From positions 1 to 17,094 of the forward strand of contig CALDKO010000018.1 of the NCBI GenBank assembly GCA_937898165.1: DNA of 17,094 nucleotides. The letters are read 5' to 3'. This document shows, in pieces, positions 7,615 to 13,960 of this stretch. The notes beneath the pieces are model-generated. The model ran no database searches and was not told where the DNA came from. It worked only from the letters and a program-made list of their open reading frames with translations. Origin of the DNA: an uncultured bacterium (GTDB taxonomy: Bacteria; Patescibacteriota; Minisyncoccia; Phycocordibacterales; UBA1006). Numbering within the stretch: the first letter of the stretch is position 1; each line of letters starts with the position of its first letter. The position numbers and the translations under genes are program-made.

Positions 7615-8158
7615 ATGGATTGTGTTGTTTATGTAAGACTCTCATCGCGCGTGATACGGTCTGCCGAAGCGCTTCTTCGTTTTTTCCTGTAATAGCAGCA
7701 ATTTCAGGATATTCTAATTCCTGTAAATACCGCAACGTAACAATTTCACGCTGTGATTCTGGTAATGTACTCAGTATTTTTTGTATAAAATCTTTTTCAT
7801 CATATACAATAGTGTTTTGTTCTGGATCAAGCAATGAATCATCGGGGGTTTTTTCAATAAAATGTTCAAACGCATCAAAACTTATTGTATGTTTTTTACG
7901 CAAGTAATCAATGGTTTGATTACGGGCAATGGTATACAAATATTGTAATGCCTCATCTTTTCTGATCTGATCCCTATTATTAAATGCCTTGAGAAAAACT
8001 GTCTGTATAATATCCATGGTCGTTTCTTTGTCTCTAATCCTATAAAAAATGTATTTATACAGCGGTGTAAAAAATTCTGTATAGAGCACCTCAAAAGAAT
8101 CCTGGTTTTGTTTTGCATCAGGAATAACGTAATGAAAGCTTAAAAGATCTTCTTTCAT
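7604..8158 (-). CDS. ECF-type RNA polymerase sigma-70 family factor
   Basis: Region 2 (DIIQTVFLKAFNNRDQIRKDEALQYLYTIARNQTIDYLRK) and region 4 (LPESQREIVTLRYLQELEYPEIAAITGKNEEALRQTVSRAMRVL) are both recognisable. Start placed at the internal Met (MKEDLL..., 8158) because the ORF-track start at 8206 lies inside the upstream terminator hairpin; this gives a 185-aa ECF-sized product. Confidence 0.85.
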   Translation of the reverse strand: MKEDLLSFHYVIPDAKQNQDSFEVLYTEFFTPLYKYIFYRIRDKETTMDIIQTVFLKAFNNRDQIRKDEALQYLYTIARNQTIDYLRKKHTISFDAFEHFIEKTPDDSLLDPEQNTIVYDEKDFIQKILSTLPESQREIVTLRYLQELEYPEIAAITGKNEEALRQTVSRAMRVLHKQHNPYEN

Positions 8159-8194
8159 AATGGTATTACGTAGTATACCCCAAATCTGTGACAA

Positions 8195-8226
8195 ACAAAA
8201 AACCACCAGATTACTGGTGGTTTATT
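8195..8226 (-). terminator. Rho-independent terminator of the UVR-domain gene
   Basis: AAACCACCAG-atta-CTGGTGGTTT (10-bp stem), followed on the minus strand by TTTTTTTGTTTG. Confidence 0.7.
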
Positions 8227-8752
8227 TACCTTGTTTATTTTTTTCTTGTAATTGATCCCGAATTTTTGCGGCTTTTATCCAATCTTCATTTTTCTTTGCT
8301 TCCTCTAGTTCTTTTTCAAGTTCTTGGATCTCTGTAAGAGGTATATGCTCATCAATTTCAATTGGTTCTACATTTAATATTGGAATAGCTTCTTCGTTTT
8401 CATCTACTAATTCTAATTTAACACTTGAAAAGTGTATATATTTTCCGATATAACGCATAAAGTAATGATAGGCACCATCACTCTCTAATTCGAGAGGTTG
8501 ATCTAATTCAGTAAGATCGAGCATCCAATCGCGATCACTGAAGCCTGGTCCCAATCTGGTTATCGGAACATATTCAAACTTTTTATTCTCTTCAATGTCT
8601 TGTTCAAAAACAACTTCATTTTCGATATCAATAAAAATTCCTTTCCTTGTTGCTATTAAGTCATCTATCAAAATAAAAACTTTTTTGCCGACAAGGGTGT
8701 TCTCGATTCGATCTTCAAATTTCATTACCCTAACGGTTCCTTTAACTGGCAT
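8222..8752 (-). CDS. Hypothetical protein with C-terminal UVR (UvrB/UvrC-type) motif
   Basis: 176-aa ORF whose C-terminus IQELEKELEEAKKNEDWIKAAKIRDQLQE matches the UVR helical hairpin motif found in UvrB and McsA. The remainder is acidic and unassigned. Confidence 0.6.
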   Translation of the reverse strand: MPVKGTVRVMKFEDRIENTLVGKKVFILIDDLIATRKGIFIDIENEVVFEQDIEENKKFEYVPITRLGPGFSDRDWMLDLTELDQPLELESDGAYHYFMRYIGKYIHFSSVKLELVDENEEAIPILNVEPIEIDEHIPLTEIQELEKELEEAKKNEDWIKAAKIRDQLQEKNKQGK

Positions 8753-8795
8753 AGCGATTAATTTTATTTTGTTATCAATTATATGTTTCTCAGAA

Positions 8796-8824
8796 ACAAT
8801 ATCACGAATATTTTAAATGGTCAA
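8796..8824 (-). promoter_or_regulatory. Candidate promoter for the UVR-domain gene (minus strand, TTGACC-N17-TATTGT)
   Basis: The reverse complement reads TTGACC(8824-8819)-17 nt-TATTGT(8801-8796). A GTTTCT-c-AGAAAC inverted repeat sits at the predicted transcription start (8785-8797). Confidence 0.35.
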
Positions 8825-8828
8825 TTAT

Positions 8829-8852
8829 AAAAACCACCGGACGGTGGTTTTT
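8829..8852 (-). terminator. Rho-independent terminator of the Excalibur-domain gene
   Basis: AAACCACCG-ga-CGGTGGTTT stem with T-runs on both sides. The stem sequence is nearly identical to the terminator at 8195-8226. Confidence 0.6.
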
Positions 8853-9225
8853 ATTTAACTCCTTTTGGTAAACTCTCACATGCTTGACCATCATTATTAC
8901 CATCCAATCGATTGGTATCTTTACTTGGGCCACCAGCATTAATGAAAAACTTTTGAGCTTCTGGTTGAGTTTCAAAATCATCACAGTTATATTCATCAGT
9001 TGCCTTTCCTCCTTCCGTTACGACATTACCTTCCTTATCACGCATAACCTTTGCATCTGCCATCGATGACCCAGATAACAGCTTCCCCAGATCCCAATCG
9101 TTGTTGGTTGCCTCTAATCCGAATCCTGCCAAGAGAATTCCAATAACACCAATCAACACTGGTTTTATAATTTTCTTTGTACCTTCACTCGCATTTGCAA
9201 GTGGTTTAAATTTTGGAATTGCCAT
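8851..9225 (-). CDS. Membrane-anchored Excalibur (extracellular calcium-binding) domain protein
   Basis: 124-aa ORF with an N-terminal TM (IIKPVLIGVIGILLAGFGL). The C-terminus YNCDDFETQPEAQKFF...DTNRLDGNNDGQACESLP matches the Excalibur DxDxDGxxCE signature. Confidence 0.75.
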   Translation of the reverse strand: MAIPKFKPLANASEGTKKIIKPVLIGVIGILLAGFGLEATNNDWDLGKLLSGSSMADAKVMRDKEGNVVTEGGKATDEYNCDDFETQPEAQKFFINAGGPSKDTNRLDGNNDGQACESLPKGVK

Positions 9226-9236
9226 ATATATTTACC

Positions 9237-9324
9237 AAACTGAATATAATAAATAAGCTGCGACCAGGATCAGCACTACTATAATAATGAGGCGCACATT
9301 TTTGTTTCCACGTATGTTTTGCAT
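9237..9324 (-). CDS. Candidate 29-aa hydrophobic micro-ORF upstream of the Excalibur gene
   Basis: MQNIRGNKNVRLIIIVVLILVAAYLLYSVW-stop: a charged N-terminus then a single TM-like helix. It ends 11 nt before the Excalibur gene ATG, has no clear SD, and is below the ORF-track length cutoff. Confidence 0.2.
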
Positions 9325-9373
9325 AGCTACAGTATAGCGTGGTTTGGCTACATATTCCACTATGGTATATTAT

Positions 9374-9401
9374 TTGACAAATAATAATAGTATGCTAATA
9401 T
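9374..9401 (+). promoter_or_regulatory. Candidate sigma-70 promoter TTGACA-N16-TAATAT in the 375-bp divergent intergenic region
   Basis: TTGACA at 9374-9379 and TAATAT at 9396-9401. It lies about 200 nt upstream of the flotillin-like ORF; a perfect TATAAT (9534-9539) without a good -35 lies closer. Confidence 0.3.
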
Positions 9402-9601
9402 GATAGAAACAGTATATACATTGTAAAATACGCAGTTTTTGGTGCCTAGGTACCAAAATCGCCGGACAAAATTTACCATTTGGTTGTTAACCAAAGTCTG
9501 TCATTCAGGTAAATGGAAGTAATTATCCCTAAGTATAATTTGACATGATCACGTCAGAAACAACGATCAAAAAATTCATAAACACATAAAAAGAAATTTA
9601 G

Positions 9602-11962
9602 ATGTTAGACACAATTTTAGCAATTTTAACGCATTTTGTGGTACCAATAATCATTATTGGTATCATCCTCTTTGTGATTTTAAATTCATTCACCATAGCA
9701 AAAGGTGACGAGATTATCACACTGGAAAGACGTTGGTTTGGTGCACAGATGCCTGATGGCAGAACTGTTGCCCTAAGTAACGAAGTAGGTATTCAAGCAA
9801 GAATACTTGGACCGGGATTTCACTGGTTAATACCTTTTATTTATAAAACAACCAAACACAAATTCATTGTTATTGAAAAAAACATGATTGGTGTTGTCCG
9901 GGCAATAACCGGTGCACCTATCCCTACTGGAGAAGTTATGGCGAAAAAAATCAGTTGTGATTTATTCCAGGACGGTGAAGCATTTTTGAAAAACGGTGGA
10001 GAAAAAGGACCCCAGTTAGACATTTTACCGGACGGTGAATATAAAATTAATCCTCATTTGTTTGAGGTTGATATTGTTCCCGCAACAATCGTTGGTGACG
10101 ATGAAATTGCCGTAATTGAATCAATTGCAGGTAAACAAATCAGTCGCCCTGGTGGACGTTTTGGTAAACCTGTTGATTGTGAAGATTTTGAAAATGCAGA
10201 CCTGTTTTTACAAAACGGTGGAGAAAAAGGACCCCAGATTGCTTTTCTAAAGACCGGATTTTATCGTATTAATACGATCTTATTCAAAATAGAAAAGAGA
10301 CGAATCGTTGAAATTGAAGGTGGTAAAATTGGCCTCATTGAAGCCGCTGATGGAGAAAGAATTCCGGAAGGGCGATTATTGGCCAAAAAAATTGACGGCC
10401 ATAGTAACTTCTTTGACGGCCAGGCATTCATTGCTAACGGCGGTGAACGTGGACGTCAACTGGATGTTCTTATGCCGGGTAAATACCCAATCAATACAAT
10501 GCTGTTCAAAATCATCGAAGTAGTTGATTGGACAAATGTTCAAGCCGATCAGGTAGGTATTGTAACTGTAAAGGAAGGTCTGCCTATTGTAGACCCCACA
10601 AAGATTGCAGCCGAAGAATTGGGCTTGGATGTTCACAATAACTTCCAGGACTCAGCAGCGTTTTTAAACGCAAAGGGCCAAAAAGGTTTGCAGATACCGG
10701 TACTTCGTGCAGGTAATTATGCAATTAACCCTTGGTTTGCTGCTGTCGAAAAAGTTGAAATGACGCGCGTCGATATCGGATTCTGCGGTGTAGTTACCAG
10801 CTTCGTTGGTGAAGAAGGTGAAGACGTAAGTGGTGAAGATGTAAATGCAAAAATTGTTGAAAACGGTAAAAAAGGTATATGGGCAAACCCATTAGAACCT
10901 GGTAAGCACCCTATCAACACAAAAATCTGTAAGGTTGATATTGTTCCAACAACTCAAATATTATTGAATTGGGCAAACAATCAATCAAGTGCGCATGAGT
11001 TAGATTCTAACCTGAGCACTATTACATTACGTACCGCAGATGCATTTAGTGTAAACATGGACGTTTCCGTGATCATACACATTCCGATGAAAAACGCCCC
11101 AAAAGTAATCGCAAACTTAGGTTCTGTGAAAAATATGATTTCTCAGGTTCTTGAACCGGCAATCAGTTCACATTTCCGTAATGCTGCGCAATATATTAAA
11201 GCGTTAGACCTGTACACTGAGCGTAGAGAGCTGCAAGCAAAAGCAAAAGCTCATATCGACGCTGTTCTAAAAGTTCACCATATCGATTCAAAGGAAACTC
11301 TGATTGCAGATGTTGTATTGCCGGGTGAATTAACTAAGACAGTGACCGATCGACAAATTGCTGAGCAGGAAAAAGCAACCTATAAAACTCAAAAAGATGC
11401 CCAAATCGAAAGACGTGGACTTGAAAATGAGACAGCTCAAGCTAACATGCAAACAAAAGTTGTTGAATCTGAACGTAATGTTGAGATTGAGAAAAATATT
11501 GCAGACGGAAAAATCAAATCTGCAGAAGGTTTGAAAAAAGCTGCGATATTAAGTGCAGAAGGTACATCGGAAGCTACCAAACTGAATGCTGCTGCAAACG
11601 CAGAAGCAACAAAACTTACTGCTGGCGCAAACGCAGAAGCTACCAAACTGAATGCTGCTGCCGACAAAGAGAAAGGTATGGCTGAAGCTGCGGTTATCCT
11701 TGAAAAAGGTAAATCTACTGCTGAGGCTTATAAACTCGAAGTAGCCGCTATGGGTCAAGAAAATTTCGGAAGAATAAACTCTTTAAAAGAGGTCAAAGAA
11801 CTGAAATTGAAACTTGTTCCTGATGTTCTCATCATGGGCGGTGGTTCCGAAGGTGGTAGTATGGAAAACTTCTTTAAATTATCATTACTTGAAAAAGTAA
11901 CCGGTAAAGATTTCTTAGCAATTGCTCAAGAAGCCACAAAAAAAGAAGAAGAGAGAAAATAA
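9602..11962 (+). CDS. Flotillin/SPFH (band 7)-family membrane protein with an expanded tandem-repeat N-terminal region
   Basis: 786-aa ORF with an N-terminal TM (VVPIIIIGIILFVIL). It then has an SPFH-like start (ITLERRWFGAQMPDGRTVALSNEVGIQARILGPGFHWLIPF) and 5 repeated units of the pattern F.dG.AFL.NGGEKG.Q...L.pG.Y.INP.LF.V.IV. The SPFH core follows (LRTADAFSVNMDVSVIIHIP ... ISQVLEPAISSHFRNAAQYIKALDLYTERRELQAKAKAHI), then an EA/K-rich flotillin-type helical region and a C-terminal LIMGGGSEGG. Confidence 0.8.
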   Translation: MLDTILAILTHFVVPIIIIGIILFVILNSFTIAKGDEIITLERRWFGAQMPDGRTVALSNEVGIQARILGPGFHWLIPFIYKTTKHKFIVIEKNMIGVVRAITGAPIPTGEVMAKKISCDLFQDGEAFLKNGGEKGPQLDILPDGEYKINPHLFEVDIVPATIVGDDEIAVIESIAGKQISRPGGRFGKPVDCEDFENADLFLQNGGEKGPQIAFLKTGFYRINTILFKIEKRRIVEIEGGKIGLIEAADGERIPEGRLLAKKIDGHSNFFDGQAFIANGGERGRQLDVLMPGKYPINTMLFKIIEVVDWTNVQADQVGIVTVKEGLPIVDPTKIAAEELGLDVHNNFQDSAAFLNAKGQKGLQIPVLRAGNYAINPWFAAVEKVEMTRVDIGFCGVVTSFVGEEGEDVSGEDVNAKIVENGKKGIWANPLEPGKHPINTKICKVDIVPTTQILLNWANNQSSAHELDSNLSTITLRTADAFSVNMDVSVIIHIPMKNAPKVIANLGSVKNMISQVLEPAISSHFRNAAQYIKALDLYTERRELQAKAKAHIDAVLKVHHIDSKETLIADVVLPGELTKTVTDRQIAEQEKATYKTQKDAQIERRGLENETAQANMQTKVVESERNVEIEKNIADGKIKSAEGLKKAAILSAEGTSEATKLNAAANAEATKLTAGANAEATKLNAAADKEKGMAEAAVILEKGKSTAEAYKLEVAAMGQENFGRINSLKEVKELKLKLVPDVLIMGGGSEGGSMENFFKLSLLEKVTGKDFLAIAQEATKKEEERK
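9719..10966 (+). repeat. Five to six in-frame tandem protein repeats (about 60-75 aa each) within the flotillin-like gene
   Basis: Units begin near aa 40, 120, 195, 268, 345 and 415. Units 2 and 3 share an identical 26-nt core aaaacggtggagaaaaaggaccccag (9990-10015 and 10213-10238). Later units are diverged (ctaacggcggtgaacgtggacgtcaactg). Confidence 0.65.
11570..11665 (+). repeat. 33-nt tandem repeat, about 3 copies, encoding EATKLNAAANA / EATKLTAGANA / EATKLNAAADK
   Basis: gaagctaccaaactgaatgctgctgcaaacgca, gaagcaacaaaacttactgctggcgcaaacgca, gaagctaccaaactgaatgctgctgccgac, lying in the flotillin-domain EA-rich helix. Confidence 0.6.
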
Positions 11963-11992
11963 TTAAATAGATTTTGGTTTTATAAACCAAAA

Positions 11993-12017
11993 CCCGTCTC
12001 AATTGAGACGGGTTTTT
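11993..12017 (+). terminator. Rho-independent terminator of the flotillin-like gene
   Basis: CCCGTCTC-aatt-GAGACGGG followed by TTTTTAT. It is preceded by a second AT-only hairpin TTTTGGTTT-tat-AAACCAAAA (11972-11992). Confidence 0.7.
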
Positions 12018-12034
12018 ATGTATTATTTTTATAA

Positions 12035-12070
12035 CAAAAAAACAGGATGTATAACATCCTGTTTTGTTTT
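12035..12070. terminator. Bidirectional intrinsic terminator (serves the minus-strand gene ending at 12089)
   Basis: A6-AACAGGATGT-ata-ACATCCTGTT-TTGTTTT: a 10-bp stem with A/T runs on both sides. Confidence 0.65.
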
Positions 12071-12088
12071 ATTTAATTTTAAAACATA

Positions 12089-13804
12089 TTACAAAAACAT
12101 GTACCACGGCTTTGGGTAAAAGTTCGATAACTTTTGTATGATATTCATCCATTCCTGTGTTTCTTCCGGAAATAAATCCAGCAATTGCTTTACTTTCAAT
12201 GGATCACGTTGAGATCGTAGATAATTATCTAACAATTCTGATGATTTTTCATAAGCAATTTTTCTGTTTACAGAATCTGCAGACATCCCATTGAAAAAGT
12301 TTATCGCCTCTTCAACATCTTGAAACCTTTTGATTTTTTTCAATTCCAACTCTTGTTCTTCCAGTTTTTGTTGCTGTAATAAATTTTCAGCAGCTTCTTC
12401 TGGTGTCGGTGTTTCAATAACAGGAGTCTGTATCTCAGGTTCAACGTAGGCAGATACTTTTTGACCAAATTTCTTTGCCATCAGATATTCTGCATAGGAA
12501 TTACGATCAATTGAAACAGTATTAGCATCATCAGCAGATGAACAAAGTTCAACAGCTTTTAAGTCTAACTGTTTTTTTTCATTTGAATCTTCCTCTACAT
12601 ATTCTTCCAACTTTTCCAGATCATTTAATGAAGCTTTTTTGATAGCCTCGGTGATGTATTTATCCAGTTTCTCCCGAGCTAACTGCTCCAGATAACCATC
12701 ATTGTTTGCGATAATACCATTCAATTCGTCATGATCTTCTACCAGAGAAACAAGTTTCTCTTCTAAGATTTTTCGGTTTACATCGTCTTTATCAAATTCG
12801 TTAATGATATCCTCAAGCTCGTTGGTATCGGTCAGGTTTTTTGCATAAGCCATCGTTAAGTCTGTTTTTTTCTTATTGGCCATTCTACCAACCCGTGATT
12901 CACTATCGAACCCATCAATGATTTCATCCAATGTTTCACAATGTTCATAATCATTAGATTGTTCGATGACAGCCAACGCTAGAATTTCATACGCTTCCGA
13001 TGAACTGTTAAACGCTCCTGATTCATTCCATAAACTTTCTGGGTCATTCGGACATAATGTAGCAATTTTTTGTGCTAACATTACCTCTTCGTCACTTCCG
13101 GTTGTAGGGATGTAATCATTAATACCTTCTGTATCATCAATGGATGTCATAGCAGAAATTTCTTTCCGCACTAATTCCATATGCTTCTGGATTAATGCAT
13201 AATATTCCCAAGTTCCCTCATCGAAATTCTGATTATCAATAATTTCTTTGGTTTCTGATGCAGAAGTCGCCAGGGACAGAATTTTTTCTACTATTATTTT
13301 TTTTGAATCATCGTAATAGTTTTCATCCTCGTATAATGAAATTAATTCATCAATTGAGTTTTCGTTTTTGATCGTGTCGGACTCTATTTTGAAAATTTTA
13401 TCAATCAAAAGAGTTTCTTCATTACTGCCTGATGGAGTTTGCTGGAGTAATTCTTCTAATTCGTCCTTATCATTCGTATTTTCATACGTTTCTTTGATCA
13501 ATCCAATTAATTTTTCATAGGCAACCACGTATCCAACCTCATCAAAAGAAAGAGTGGAGAGAATCCCCCATAATGTATCAACATCGTCAGCTTCTTTTAT
13601 TTGTTGCTGGATATCAATCTTTTGTACTGGTGGAACATAAACCGGTTGTTTCCTTTCTAGGACATAATAAACGTCCTGTGTAGTAAAACTTAATTTCCTG
13701 GGTTTACAATTTCCTGTTAAAATTTCTGCTACTTCTGTTTTTGACATTCCTAAATCCTGTGCAAGTTTTGAAATGTTCACATCTTTTACCGAGTTGTATT
13801 TCAT
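12089..13804 (-). CDS. Large, highly acidic (D/E-rich) hypothetical protein with N-terminal helix-turn-helix
   Basis: 571-aa ORF whose N-terminus VNISKLAQDLGMSKTEVAEILTG reads as an HTH. The rest is low-complexity acidic helical sequence with no enzymatic motif. It is divergent from the palindrome at 13896-13932. Confidence 0.6.
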   Translation of the reverse strand: MKYNSVKDVNISKLAQDLGMSKTEVAEILTGNCKPRKLSFTTQDVYYVLERKQPVYVPPVQKIDIQQQIKEADDVDTLWGILSTLSFDEVGYVVAYEKLIGLIKETYENTNDKDELEELLQQTPSGSNEETLLIDKIFKIESDTIKNENSIDELISLYEDENYYDDSKKIIVEKILSLATSASETKEIIDNQNFDEGTWEYYALIQKHMELVRKEISAMTSIDDTEGINDYIPTTGSDEEVMLAQKIATLCPNDPESLWNESGAFNSSSEAYEILALAVIEQSNDYEHCETLDEIIDGFDSESRVGRMANKKKTDLTMAYAKNLTDTNELEDIINEFDKDDVNRKILEEKLVSLVEDHDELNGIIANNDGYLEQLAREKLDKYITEAIKKASLNDLEKLEEYVEEDSNEKKQLDLKAVELCSSADDANTVSIDRNSYAEYLMAKKFGQKVSAYVEPEIQTPVIETPTPEEAAENLLQQQKLEEQELELKKIKRFQDVEEAINFFNGMSADSVNRKIAYEKSSELLDNYLRSQRDPLKVKQLLDLFPEETQEWMNIIQKLSNFYPKPWYMFL

Positions 13805-13895
13805 TGGTGTTTTAATTTTTTAAAGTTCATGCTAAATCATCAGCGATTTATGGGGTTGCAGCAAATATCCCGTTTGCAACAGTGTACTATATAAA

Positions 13896-13932
13896 TATAA
13901 CTGTGTCAAATATATTATTTGACACAGTTATA
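13896..13932. promoter_or_regulatory. Perfect 17-bp inverted repeat (3-nt spacer) in the divergent promoter region; candidate operator
   Basis: TATAACTGTGTCAAATA-tat-TATTTGACACAGTTATA. Each arm contains TTGACA reading outward. On the plus strand, TTGACA(13919-13924)-N17-TAGTGT lies just before the ATG at 13961. The symmetric arrangement faces the minus-strand gene that starts at 13804. Confidence 0.6.
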
Positions 13933-13960
13933 CAAATAAAGTAGTGTAAAGAAAAAAGAT

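Noticed and set aside
8159-8206. Longer start for the ECF sigma gene at 8206 (ORF-track start, MVFCLSQIWGILRNTI...)
   Set aside because: The extra 16 codons would be encoded by the stem of the upstream gene's terminator hairpin (8200-8223), and the extension has no sigma-like sequence. The internal Met at 8158 gives a typical 185-aa ECF length.
9226-9601. 375-bp intergenic region inspected for tRNA or small RNA genes
   Set aside because: No cloverleaf-compatible sequence or T-loop (GTTCNANTC) motif was found, only AT-rich promoter-like hexamers and short palindromes. An ncRNA cannot be excluded without covariance-model search (Infernal/Rfam).
9600-11000. Possible CRISPR array or non-coding tandem repeat suggested by recurring about 26-nt identical segments
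   Set aside because: The repeats are in-frame within one long ORF and are spaced irregularly (about 220 nt), and the spacers are homologous to each other at the protein level. This is a protein-level tandem duplication, not repeat-spacer architecture.
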